This document shows, in pieces, positions 27,875 to 41,222 of a stretch of 64,000 nucleotides of DNA. The DNA is taken from positions 107,942,001 through 108,006,000 of the forward strand of contig OX597822.1 of NCBI GenBank assembly GCA_951406725.2. The letters are read 5' to 3'. A program made the position numbers and the translations under genes. Each line of letters opens with the position of its first letter. Within the stretch, counting starts at the first letter, position 1. The notes under the pieces were generated by a model that saw only the letters and a program-made list of their open reading frames with translations, made no database searches and was not told where the DNA came from. This stretch comes from Octopus vulgaris (lineage: Eukaryota).

Positions 27875-28583
27875 GCCACTGCTCACTTGTTCAAATTGAA
27901 TTATTTGTTTTGGCCCACTGAAGACATTTTTTTCCATATTCGCTTCAGAAACCCATAGATTCTTCCTGGCTTTACAGCCTTTCAGACTGTACTCTACAAG
28001 CCTTCTTCTAACAGTTTTCGTTGATATTTGTTGAAGTACTTGCCTCGTTGAAGACTGCACATAGCTCCGACGATGGTTTTCTCCTGTTTCTCAGTGACTG
28101 ATGATGGATCTGTCATCACAAGGTGATGTAACCTTTTTCTACCTGTTATTTGTATAGTCTTCACATTTTTGTCTCTCTGAAGCGCTTTAGAGTCATTTGC
28201 ACCGCTCATCGAGAACATTTCATCTTCTGAGCAATTTGCCTTTGAGGCATTCCATCTTCATGATGAGCTGCGATTTGACCTCGCTCACACTCACTCAACT
28301 CCCTTCATTTAGGCATTTTACTCTTTATTACTGTATCTACAACGTATTTTAGCATAAAGCTCTGAAATAATCACGGAAACATAAGCTAATTTTGGACGTT
28401 GGTCTTACTCATAATTAGTTCCACATATGCAGTACAGTATAAAAGTGGTAATTGATGGTTAAGGAGGGTCAACCAGAAATTAAAACTAATGTATAATGTG
28501 AAACATGCCATAATCTACCATAGTCTAACATTGAGATAGCAGAATCCGAAAACATTGGGGTGACCTAATACTTTTGGGCAAGG

Positions 28584-28585
<2 letters not shown>
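27875..28585 (-). mobile_element. Tc1-like transposon 5' relic
   Basis: ISTKTVRRRLVEYSLKGCKARKNLWVSEANMEK (Tc1 HTH region); TIR-like gcccaaaagtattaggtcacccc on the minus strand at ~28557-28579. Confidence 0.75.
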
Positions 28586-28621
<36 letters not shown>

Positions 28622-28624
<3 letters not shown>

Positions 28625-28866
28625 CACGAAGCCGTAAGGATGCAGTGAGCCTCAGCCTATCTAGAAATGAGCGCTAAATAGACTAATGCTCACTGCATCC
28701 TTAAGGCTTCGTCCTAATTTTATATTTTATAGCTTATAATGCTATTAAACTGGTGAACGGCCCATGTTACTGCTGTTAATAGTATCAAATTCAAAATATT
28801 TCCACAGATGGTATTGATAATAGTAGCATCCTATTTAGAATGTAAACATCCAAATGAATTTGCTCA
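28622..28866. mobile_element. Asymmetric foldback insert between (TA)n tracts (25 bp arms)
   Basis: acgaagccgtaaggatgcagtgagc / gctcactgcatccttaaggcttcgt, plus ~150 bp extension on the right. Confidence 0.7.
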
Positions 28867-28891
28867 TATATATATATATATATATATATAA

Positions 28892-29808
28892 ACGTCCTCG
28901 CCGAACCAAAACTCCGGAAGAAAATCAAAATTTTCCGATAGGGACAGTCGGACTCTTAGGCGAATTGTTAGAAAGGATCACAAAATTACATCTCCCAAAA
29001 TTACTGCACAGTTTATGGACCACTTCGAGAACCCAGTTTTTTTTTCCCAAAATCTGCTCGCCGAGGGCTGCTATCAGAAAATCACTACTTTCAAAACCAA
29101 ACGCTGAAAAGCTTTTAGAATGGAGTAAAAACCTACGGAACTAGTCCCTAGAGTAGTGGAAGAATGTTATTTACTCACAGGAGTCATCCGCTACCTTATT
29201 TCCGATCACCGGACGAGTATACGTGTGGATACAGCCAAAAGAAGCATTTGACCCAGACTGCCTTCTTCTAACTGTTAAATATGGAGGAGGATCTCTGATG
29301 ATCTGGGGGAGGGGAGCTATATCTTGGAAATCTGCCGGCCCAGTCGCTTCCCTTCATGGCAAAATTAATAGTCAAGTCTATTTAAGCGTTTTATCTGATC
29401 AAATTCAGTTGTTGAACTGTTTCCAGAGGGAAACGCAATCTTTCAGGGTAATAATACACCAATTCACACAGCTAAAGTTGTTAATGAATAGCATGAGGAA
29501 CATTCTAGTGAAGTTAAACAACTTATCTGGCCACCACTGCCCCCAGACATCAATATTATTAAACATTTGTGGTGCATTTTAGAAAAACATGCAAAGAGTC
29601 CATATCCTCCACCATTATTACAACAAGAACTAGAGACTGTATTAGCTGAAGAATAGAGAAAAATTACTTTGGAAACAATTCAAACTTTGTAGGAGCCCAT
29701 GCTTCGTAGAATTCAAGCTTTAATTACTGCCAAAGGTGCCCTACCCCATATTAAAATAAATTTGTTTGAAGTTTTATGGTGTTTCCATTATTTTGTCCAA
29801 TCCCTTTA
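28892..29808 (+). mobile_element. Tc1-like transposase relic (DDE region) with 3' TIR
   Basis: DCLLLTVKYGGGSLMIWG, IFQGNNTPIHTAK, WPPLPPDINIIKHLW; ends gtttccattattttgtccaatccct. Confidence 0.88.
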
Positions 29809-31767
29809 TAAATATATATATCGCACCTCAAGATATATTAGGCGTCCTAGAATACAAAAGCGAGAAACAAGTGGAAGCAAGTAAAAGTATATCAAGTAAA
29901 AATGTCAGCAAGGAAATCTCTTCAAATATTCCGTGAATCTCTTATTATCGACATCAACGACAGCCATTGAAAACCTCGGGTAAACTCGCTCTTTCCGTCA
30001 GCTCTTTCCGTATTTAGTGAATATAGTTTACGCCTAGCTGTATACTCCGCTTGATATTTACATATATCTTCACGATAGCGAATTCATCATATTAATTAAG
30101 TGTATTTTGCTTAATGATATTATCATGTACTCTGATATCGATTAATATATTGCTTCACAACGATGTCAGCCGTTATTTGCATTAGATGTAAGTATTTGTT
30201 TTATTACTAATTAAGGTTAGTTTGCTAGACTTTAGTCTGGTATTTGATGTAGTATGATGATAAACATCAGTATATCCCCTGACATCGGAAACATCTACTT
30301 TCGATGGTATATAGTGTCATTCCTCACTCTGAAATAACCTAGAATTTCTATACAACATTTTGCTTTATAAAAAGTGACAGCAACAGACAAATATTGAATT
30401 CATTAATAGTATAGCTAAGCAAAACTTATATTGGTGAAATATATTGCTCTGTTAAATTTTGAAACATTTACACCACACACACACACACACACACATACAA
30501 ACACACACACATACACACACATACACACATACACATACACATACACAAATATTTTCCTGTGTCTGTGTGATAGATGACGTCCCCCAACATGTTCTACACG
30601 GAGCTGATAAATTCACCTATCTTTAGTAGTTGTTGGAATGGATAAGGGAAGTCTCAAAATTTGGAGGTCATAAATTAGTTGTAAATTTAAACTTGGCAGG
30701 TTCTGATCTAACTCTAAAGTTTGAACCGACCTTTCATTCTATTTCTGTCATAGAATATTTTGCTAACTCTTATTTAAAAGTGATATTCATTGGCATACAA
30801 TGTTTTCTGAGGGAAGAAAAACTTATTTGGTCAATATTCCGATCGACCTCTTGCGATGACTGCCGAGCAAGCAGAAATAAAAGAGTAAGCACCTTGCTAT
30901 AAAGAGGAGGTGAACATGTTGGAAAATATATTGATGTAGTTTTGTTCCAAAGGATATGAATTTTGTCGAAAATCGCTGTATCACGGGAAACACTATCAGG
31001 AAAATTTGGGAATAATCCTTCATTGTGTTCAGTACAATTCAAGTTTAGTATTAGTTCCAGACGACTTAAATTTTAAGAATAGAGACATAGGAACGAATGT
31101 GTGTCACCAGATCGTGGTCCGCAGTGAGATATATGGAGTTTAAACCACGAAACGAAACGTAACTGGAAATATTTCTTGAGATTGTTAATTTCCAAGGAAG
31201 TTTTATTGATCATTATTCAGAACATATGACGTTAGTTGCATCCATTTGTAGACAAAGTATACTATTTCTATAAGTCCAAAAATAAACGGCATTTCAGTAT
31301 GTTAATTTATGTTAGTATCAAAGCGAGTAATGTAGATATATGATGCCACGAAACAGTCACGTCATAAAAATATGTATGGTAACACTTGCATGACATAATA
31401 CAATCTCAGGCAAATATTCGAATGATGGTCATCCCGTGTTTTTGCTTTCGTTAGAAAAATTTAGAATTGCTGGAATAATTAAAAGTATTAAAAGGGAAGC
31501 ATTTGTAAATTTTTACGCTATATTTTACTTTAAAGACACGCATTGCTAACTTGATTAATTTTAAGCAGCAAGGAATAATTTTTGCCAAATATTGTAATTT
31601 TTTTATGAGAAGTAACATCTGCAGATATTTTAATTTAGATATTACGAATGACACTATCTAATTAATTTATTTTAAAAAATTGGTTTGGATAAATGTGATA
31701 CTGATTACTGTTAATGCAACGTTGTTATTGTTAATTTACTTCTTTTTTATTATTTTTGTTATTATTA

Positions 31768-31932
31768 AGGTGTTGAGCTGGCAGAATATTTAAACACGCT
31801 TAGCGTCATTCCAGTATCCGCGGAGGTTGACTTTGCTTTTCATCCTTTCGAGATCGTTAAAATAAGTACCACCAGGACTCCGATGTAATCGACTTCCCAA
31901 AATTTCAGGACTTTTGCCTATAGTAGAAAGGA
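31768..31932 (+). mobile_element. Degenerate Nin/Deu-domain-type SINE
   Basis: gagctggcagaa...gaggttgactttgcttttcatcctttcgagatcg..aaataagtacc. Confidence 0.7.
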
Positions 31933-31984
31933 ATATCTTTATTATTTCCATTTTAATTCTTAGAGCTCTCGATTTCACTTACTC

Positions 31985-32163
31985 CAGTAATTCTGCAAGA
32001 GTAGGCAGTAACTCGTTGTGAAAGGTCTCACGAAGTCTGCTACTCTCAATTCCTCAGTGTCCTCAGTAGAGCAAATTTTGTGCCTGTTCTATCGGTAGGT
32101 CTATTCCAATTTCTGCAAAATATTTCTCAAACCTGGTTGCTATGGTTCTAAGTGCCCCCTGGC
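31985..32163 (-). mobile_element. 3' end fragment of an R4/Dong-like non-LTR element
   Basis: GALRTIATRFEKYFAEIGIDLPIEQAQ resembles the REL endonuclease C-terminus; abuts (ATC/ATT)n. Confidence 0.6.
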
Positions 32164-32291
32164 ATATCATCATCATTATCATAATCATTATTATTATTTT
32201 AGCTTGGCTCAAGTTCGGTCTTATTCCTGGTAGTATCGGGTTACTACTTGTAAACTTAGTTACCCACACAAGTCTTCAATTGCTACGAATC

Positions 32292-32368
<77 letters not shown>

Positions 32369-32389
32369 GTAGTTATTATTTTTATTTTT

Positions 32390-33058
32390 ATATGCTATTA
32401 CTTCACTACCGAGCGCATCTGTGTACTTGGGTATGTGCTGTGATTTGTTGTGATTATCTATGGTTATTATTATGGAAAGTGTTCTTATTATGTGGGCAGT
32501 GCCTAGTAGTGCAATTATTCTGTATGTTATATGTGTTATGTAAGTCCTGGTGTTTTTGTTATGTATTTGTCTGAATATTATTTTTATTATGCCTAATTAC
32601 TATGATAGGAATTGTTATTATTATTAGATTCCACATTCTAGTTACCTCTATTTCCATCTTTGTATTATTGAGAGTTATCTCCATTTCTTTTAGAGACACG
32701 TTGTCATCTGCCGGTTATTGATACATCAATTAAAATTATTTTTTATTTTTTCATGATCTCTGACAACTATATCTGGTCTATTATTATTATTATTATTATT
32801 GTGTATCGGCATATCCCAGAGTATGGTTATTTTCTCGTTTTCTGTGACCTTTTCTGGTGTGTGCCTATACCATCTTTTTTCTGTTGTTATTCCATAATGT
32901 TGGCATTAGCTTCCAATGTATGTAGGTTAACTCTGTCATGTCTGTGAATATATTCCTTATTAGCCAGGACTGGGCAGCTAGAGATAATATGATTTATTGT
33001 TTCTTGTCCATCTCCATATTCTGCAGTTACTTGTAATATTTCTTTTCATTATTATCTT
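32390..33058 (-). mobile_element. R4/Dong-clade non-LTR retrotransposon 3' fragment (CCHC knuckle + restriction-like endonuclease)
   Basis: Across frameshifts: NCRI..DGQETINHIISSCPVLA, YIHRHDRV, HYGITTEKRWYRHTPEKVTENEKITILWDMPIHT, IDVSI, EIEVTRMWNL, IALLGTAHIIRTLS; (TTA)n on both sides. Confidence 0.85.
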
Positions 33059-33062
33059 TTCT

Positions 33063-33074
33063 TTATTATTATTA

Positions 33075-33132
<58 letters not shown>

Positions 33133-33162
33133 TATTATTACTATTATTATTATTATTATTAC

Positions 33163-33235
<73 letters not shown>

Positions 33236-33290
33236 GTTATTGTTATTATTATTATTATTATTATTATCATCATCATTATTACTATCATCA
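33063..33290. repeat. (TTA)n microsatellite (second tract at 32293-32368)
   Basis: Direct reading; gives poly-L/I/Y ORFs. Confidence 0.97.
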
Positions 33291-33750
33291 TTATTACCTT
33301 CGCCTTACGAAGGCGGAGTTATTGCTTTTGGTCGTGTTTGTTTGTTTGTTCCTCCTTGGACAAGATACCTAAAAAACCACTGGATGGATTCAAATTGATC
33401 TTTCATGGATGTTTGGCCTCGTCACTGGCACGAATTAATTAGATTTTGGGATCGATCCGGTACCGGACAAAGAACCTGGTTATTATTATTTTCAAATTCC
33501 ACTTTAGAAATTTATGGAGTATTAGTGTCGGGAAGCGCGACGACATTCTCGGTGAGACTCTAGGCGCCGAAGAGAACGAACTGGCTAGTCTGTTCCAGAG
33601 GACTTTCCTTTCGGGAAATATCATGGATAATTTCTAGATGTCCTCTGGCCTGGCTGTGCTACCGGGGGGCGCTAAAGGTTCGAGATAAACTCTACAAGCA
33701 CGGATACGCTGTCAGACGGACTTGTCCGAGGTGCGCTTTGTTGTGTTAAA
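33291..33750 (+). mobile_element. Helentron-associated (HINE/DINE-1-like) non-autonomous element
   Basis: ttattaccttcgcc..aaggcggagttat start hairpin, (gttt)n, caagata..aaaaaccactggatggatt, attagattttggg..gatccgg; 3' boundary approximate. Confidence 0.6.
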
Positions 33751-33888
33751 TAATGGTCATCACAAAATTATTAAAATACATATATACATTCTTTGATAAT
33801 AATAAGAAAATGTTAAAAACAGTTTACAGGAAAGTATTTAATAAAGTAATCAGAATCGAGTCCCATATATATATATATATATAAATAA

Positions 33889-33984
<96 letters not shown>

Positions 33985-35185
33985 TTTTTCACACCAGCGC
34001 ACTTCTGACGCCAAACACTACTGACATCTTTGGTGACTACAGCATCAAAAATGCCTTCCACAAAATTATCCAGGTCAAAGAAAATATGTGTTGATGTGTC
34101 TGATGTTGCTGCTGTTGATGTTACTGGCAAAACCAGTGCCAGTCGTAATTGAACACCTCTGGTGAAAGACATTTCTTCTACAATGTCATCGACTTTTACC
34201 TTTGTTATTTATTAGAAAATTTTACAGTGATTATTTTCCTCTATTAAAGTAGTAGGGAGAATTGGCTTCTATTTGTAGTAGTTTCGCTAAATATAGATTG
34301 GTTCTTAGTTGGTCTGATGTAGGCAGAAGAAAGTTAAAGTTCTACAAACACCGTTCTATAGAAAATAAACAAATGTTCTTGGAGACAAAATCGAAATACT
34401 TAGAAATATTGCAAATAAATTTTACGTACACACATTTCTGAATACATACAATAAATGCAGAAAATATGAATCTTTCAATTTATTACTCTCTTTGCTTAAA
34501 ATAATTTAACGATATTCGCCATCTACAAAAGCATAATACATTTTATTTTGATAGACATGTTTTGCTTTCTATATATATATATATGTAATGAAATAACTTT
34601 ACTTAAATCCATTTGATATATATTCTTTTAAGAAAGTGACAGTGTGTTGTGTGCTTAGAAGAAATTTATATTTACTTAAATGCCTCCAGCAATAATTTTA
34701 ACTAGGTTTACGTCCCATGTTTCAATATTGATCACTTCATGTCTAAAGCGTACGAGGCTATTCTTTTCTTTTTTCTTTATAACGCTTGTTTTGTTTTTAA
34801 TACATCTAGAGTCTGTACGGATTATTTGTATTTATATATACTTTGTTTTCGGACAAATGTGATCGATATATGAGGAGAGATTTCCAAAGAAAATGTAATT
34901 CTTTACAATATAAGAAAACAGTTTCCAGTATTCTTAGGCTAATATTTATTTAGCATTGTGAATAAAATATCATTTGAAATTGTGAAAACAGTGTCTCATA
35001 AAAACTGTTTTGTATGGGTATATATACACATATATACGTATGTACATACAGCACAAACACGCACATGTATGTATACATGTACTTACGTATATATGGAATG
35101 TGCATATATATATATGTATATATATATATGTACATATATATATGTATATATGTATGTATGTGTGTGTGTTTGCATATGTATGTTC

Positions 35186-35221
<36 letters not shown>

Positions 35222-35249
35222 GTATGTGTGTGTGTGCATATTTATGTTG

Positions 35250-35288
<39 letters not shown>

Positions 35289-35760
35289 AACACACACAAT
35301 CGTCGCTAAATATGACAAAAGGTGCCAAGACGCCTACATCGCTAGACATAAGAGTTAAAATATTCTTAATGCTGTAGGGAGAGCGCAATCCTATAGGCAC
35401 ATGCTGACAGAGATGTAACTGCCCTATGACAGGTCCGTGAATCACACAAACTAACCGTTCAATTTCGCCTATTTCCGTAGGTTTCATCGATGAGGACGGC
35501 TCCCTCGACAGACGTCGGGCAATTCCGTCTGTCAGCATGAATATATTTACCATAGTAATATAAGGATGATTTAGTGGAATTTATATAAACAGCTGAGCGC
35601 AATAGCATAGAGGAAAACTTCAATAGCCACTAAATGTGACTAAGTGTACCAAGACACCAGCATTGTTAGAAACAGCTCAAGTCTTATGTCTATCACCTAT
35701 TATATTTCCCTTTTTCCCTCTCTCTTTCTCTTTCACTCTCCCCCATATATATGTATATAT

Positions 35761-36298
35761 ACTCGGTAGTCAAGATAAAACTCTGAGTTTCAGATGCCGA
35801 AGTGGAAATCCACAACACCATCTCTTCGGTTATCTGGCTATTTGAAAACGCTATGAAAAAATACCGTTAAATAAAGGGAAATTACTCTGTTATAACTCTG
35901 CTTGCCTGCGTACTTATACATCGCTCGCATTTTTCGTCATAAAAATTATATAAAAATACATAAAAAATATATAAAAATATATAAAAATATACAAATTCTT
36001 CTTGGGACATAACATAGAAAGCATGTTCTATCTGTTTTCTTTAGGGAACCAAAAACGTAACAGAAATTTAGTCACATGTGGGCATGATCCGAAAAGCTCT
36101 GTCCTTGTATTTAGACATGTAGTAGGGTCTAAGCTGCTTTTCCAGATAAGCCATCTCTCCATGTCGCATCGGCATCTGAAACTCAGAGTTTTATCTTGAC
36201 TACCGAGTAAAGTAACATATTATTGTATAGATAAATTTCCTCTATTTACATAATATTGAGGTCTCTTTCTTTCTTTTGTCATCTTACCGTTTTATCAA
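35761..36298 (+). mobile_element. Foldback mini-element, family C (40 bp perfect inverted repeats plus tail)
   Basis: 35761-35800 is the exact reverse complement of 36169-36208; ~90 bp tail ends in (TA)n. Confidence 0.8.
35773..35835 (-). ncRNA. Type I hammerhead ribozyme, CCGAAGA core variant
   Basis: agataa-CCGAAGA-gatg...catc-t-GAAA-ctcagag-TT-ttatct; 6 bp stem I, 4 bp stem II with internal hairpin. Confidence 0.7.
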
Positions 36299-36522
36299 TA
36301 TATATATATATATGTATAGCAATAAGAAAATGGAGGGGATCAATAGTTGGTTCATCAACTTTTAGATATTATATTATGTTAATTTATTTATTTACTTACT
36401 AAATTGACAATTAGAATAATATACATACATATATAACATATTAATATATAAGGATACCAGTAATTATTATTACAAAATAAAATATATCTATAATATAATA
36501 TAAATAATATATATATAAATAA

Positions 36523-36583
<61 letters not shown>

Positions 36584-37036
36584 GGGTACAGGACGTCACG
36601 AACTGTGAAAACAACATGAAATACGAAAACAACGAGAGAAAAAATGGAAAACAGGACAAGTAAACAGAGAGAACGACCCTTCATTAATTGTCGGCTGCTT
36701 ATCTACTCCGCATTTTGACTACAATATGAGTCTTAAAAGGCAGTTGCTTCCATAAAAGCCAAAAGAAAATGTAGGATTTATCGAGGGTCAAATTTGGGAA
36801 CACAAACAGGACAGTAGAGATAAACAAGGAAATCGAACGAAAACAAACATGGAGGGTCGTTAGACCAGGACAAGAGGAAAATAGTGAACTCTGGGCGAAA
36901 TGTTTTCTTTGAAACGAGAAAAGATAGAAGAGAGAAAGAAAACGTCCAGTTCTTTTAACGTCCATACAGGAAAAGAAAGATGGTCATCTGAGGAAAATGA
37001 CTCGTTTGCCATGTGTGAGCAACGAGGGGGAGGGAG

Positions 37037-37073
<37 letters not shown>

Positions 37074-37781
37074 AGAGTAAGATAGAGAGACAAACAGAAA
37101 ACGGTGAAGGGGGAAACAGGAATTAGAGAAGGGTGGAAGATGAAAACAGAAAAGAGGAGAGTCGCAACAAAAAGGTTAAGATAAACTTACTGGGAAATGA
37201 ATGTGTGCCGTTATATATATCTGTGTGTTCATGTGTGTGTGCGTGTGCATGTGTATGTTTTGTGTGTGCGTGTGGGTCTGTGTTAGTTTATATTATGTAC
37301 GAGATGTAACTGCAGATAATAAAAGACACACAAATACATATGCAGAATGTTTGTTAATCTCGGTACAGATTGAAAACTCCGAAACCAGATACATTCTCCA
37401 GTATTAAGTTACTACAATAAAATTGTCGGTTTTCATATAAACTCGAATTTCACTTAGATCCTATAAAGTTTTATAACTGTGCAAGATTAAATATTTTTCT
37501 CCGGCGTGGAATTAAAACGAATAATTAGGATTCACGTAGCACATTAAATGAAAATTTATCTATAGTTTATATTCTGAAGTGGTGCATGTTTTGATGGTTA
37601 GATTAATAAGAGAATTAATGTGTTAAATGAAAGAGCTAAAGTAGGAATCGTAAGTGGAACAAAATCATGAATAAACAAGCATTTAACATAGACGTTACTA
37701 ACTGTGATTATGTTATGACGACGAATGATATTCTCCTTCAACACGAGTAACAAACACTCCCTCTATAACTATATACATGCA

Positions 37782-37954
<173 letters not shown>

Positions 37955-38214
37955 GAATGTATATTATGTATATGAATGTATATTATATAGTCATTGACTA
38001 TCTTTTCTTTCTCGCTAGACCGCTGGTAGCGGAGAAATTTTTGCTACCCTTATATTTATTAATTAATGATTTTTTGGCTAATTTTGAAATTAAATCAGCA
38101 GTTTATATTTGCTGCTGAGAAGACAGCGCGATTGCGGTGGATTTTGAAAATTTAGAGCATATAGACTGGAGGCTTCCTTACCATAGACTCGTGGATATAT
38201 ACTCATCCTAGGCT

Positions 38215-38308
38215 TCTCTGCTGATGAGGCAAGCCAGTTGTAAATACATTTAATTTAATTTAATTAATTTGTTTACAAAGTTTGATGAAACTATGCATAG
38301 TCCAGAGA
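38215..38308 (+). ncRNA. Type I hammerhead ribozyme with canonical core
   Basis: tctctg-CTGATGA-[long stem II with caagc/gtttg and ttgtaaata/tgtttacaa]-GAAA-ctatgcatag-TC-cagaga; perfect 6 bp stem I, palindromic stem III, GUC site. Confidence 0.82.
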
Positions 38309-39130
38309 TGAAAGGGGTAAACGTTTTTATTTCTCTTTCAATTTCAGAATTACAACTATTAGCGGTTTGAGTTTGGCTGCTCAATCTAGTGAGTCGAATG
38401 TCCTATTATGGCCATTCCTTATATTGTTGTATATATATATATACGTACAATATATATATATTCTTTTATTCTTTTGCTTGATTCAGCACTTATACTCTTT
38501 AGCCAAACCGCTATTTCACGGAACGTGAACACACTAGCATCGATTCTCAAGCGATGTTGAAGGGACAAACACTGAAGCACAGACACACACACATATACAC
38601 AAGCGCGCGCGCACACACACACATATGCGTGTATGTATGTATGCACGTAACTTTTATCATTCAATATATATGTGTGTGTGTGTGTGTGTGACAAAAGAAA
38701 ATGACACCGTGCTTTATCGTTAAGCTAGCACGTCCAAATCATTCGCTTCATCATCCAATACACACACACACACATACATATACATGTATATATACACACA
38801 TATGCATCTACATATACACACAAATACATATATGTATAGAAAAGTCAATTAACATAGGAAGATTGAGACCTACCTATGCCAACACAAAACGGGATGGGTA
38901 TGTATATCTATATGTATACACAATTGATTACATACAGGTAATCGATGTGATTATAATTTGAAAGGTCGTCGGCCTGAGACCGGTTATTGGAAATTTGCTT
39001 TTGAACACAAATTAACCGAATTTTAAAGGTTTCATTCCGAAGCTACCATACATTCACCTCAAAAATTGTATTTGTAATAAACCTCAAAAAGCCATAAAAA
39101 AATGGGTATATATATAAATAAATACATATA

Positions 39131-39177
<47 letters not shown>

Positions 39178-39269
39178 ATATAATTTTATGTTCAAAGATG
39201 GATATATAATTATCACTATATGTGGGTGATGCATATTTACATAAATATGTGTATACACACATACACATA

Positions 39270-39322
<53 letters not shown>

Positions 39323-39811
39323 ATCTATCTATCCATCTACCTATCTATCTATCTATCTATCCTTTTATCTATCTATCTATCAATCTATCTATCTATCTAA
39401 TTGTCTATATATACATTTATATATATAGATATACATACATATATTATGTGTATAACGTTTACTATTTAAAAACAATGTATAGAACTTTTTAAAAATATTC
39501 ATCCGTGATCATTCTGCGTTCAACAGAGGAGAGCTTGTTAAACTAGATCACGTTATCGTAATGCAGTACAACGATACTAGACACACACAGGGACACGCCT
39601 AGATACAGCCACGGACAAATTTACACACATAGACGCATTCACAAACTTCTGTGCGCATTTAGTATTTATGTTATTGATGCTGTTTGAAGTAATACTATTA
39701 TACGTACACACACACACACACACATACACACACACATATATATATATTTGAATGTCTATGAGGATTACTTGATACCGTTTTTGAAGTAAAGAGGGTGATA
39801 TATATAATTAT

Positions 39812-39861
<50 letters not shown>

Positions 39862-40338
39862 CATATAAACATATTATTTACATCCATTACAATCTAATAT
39901 ATGTTTTATGTAACTTCCAATAGCTACAGAAGAAACGTACAGCTAAAGAAAGCTAAGAGAAATAAATTTTCATAAAGCTTCCCGTCCTATTCAACTAGTT
40001 TTTATATAACGATGCTTTCTAAGGATTTTGGCATGAAACTTATGCAATCGTAGCTAGTTTTGTATTACGTGTATCGATATTGTGTTTGTATTTGAATATT
40101 TTTATCAATTCCTGATTGTTCATTTTCTTTGCCAAATTGGCACATACTAAAGTTTGAATCTAAGCAGCTGGAACCAATTTCTTTCCTTTGGTCATTTCCA
40201 AATCATTGACTATCAGTATTTGAAGTTCTGCACTCATAAGGTTTACAACAATTACATCTTATGCTTTTGAACACACACACACACACATACACACACAACC
40301 AAACACACACACACACGCGAGCACACACACACACACAA

Positions 40339-40374
<36 letters not shown>

Positions 40375-40476
40375 CTATCTACCTATCTAAATATATATAT
40401 ATATGTATATATATATATGTATGTATATATATATATATATGTATGTATATATGCATATATGTATATATACATATCC

Positions 40477-40510
<34 letters not shown>

Positions 40511-40611
40511 GTCTATATATATATATAGAGAGAGATAGAGAGAGATAGAGAGATACATATATATATATATATATATTTGTGTGTTTATGTATGTATGTAT
40601 GCATGTATCTA

Positions 40612-40654
<43 letters not shown>

Positions 40655-40944
40655 CTATATATATATATATATATATTTATATACTCATATGTATACATAT
40701 ACATATACAGTCAGCAGCGATACGTAAGCTTCTATTGCACAAATGTTATATACGATGCAACATCTCAAATGCTAGCACTGTTCAAGATGTTTTTACACAC
40801 ACTCAGGACTTTACACGTATTTAAACCCACACGCTAAACACGCACTATCTTGCACACACAACCATAAATACATACATATAAAAGTGTATATATACACAGA
40901 TCTGTATTATGATCTAAGAACACGAGCATATATTCCATCCCGTC

Positions 40945-41222
40945 TTTTATTATCTCACTTACTTCAGTCATTTGACTGGAACTCCTCTTTGATAAGGTTT
41001 TCAGTCGAAGAATTGGCCCCAGAACTTATTTTTGGTAGCCTGGTACTTACACTATTTGCTGACCCGCTAAGTTACGGAGGCCTAAATTTATCAATCCCTG
41101 TTATTAAGCAGGTGACATAGACCCGCACACACACGTGCGCGCGCGCACGCACACACACACACACGCGCGCCCGCATGCGCGCACGGACACACACACACAC
41201 ATATATACGACGGGCTTCTTTG
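40945..41222 (-). mobile_element. Partial SINE (microsatellite-containing family)
   Basis: ttcagtcatttgactg...ccgctaagttacgg...atacgacgggcttcttt. Confidence 0.7.
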
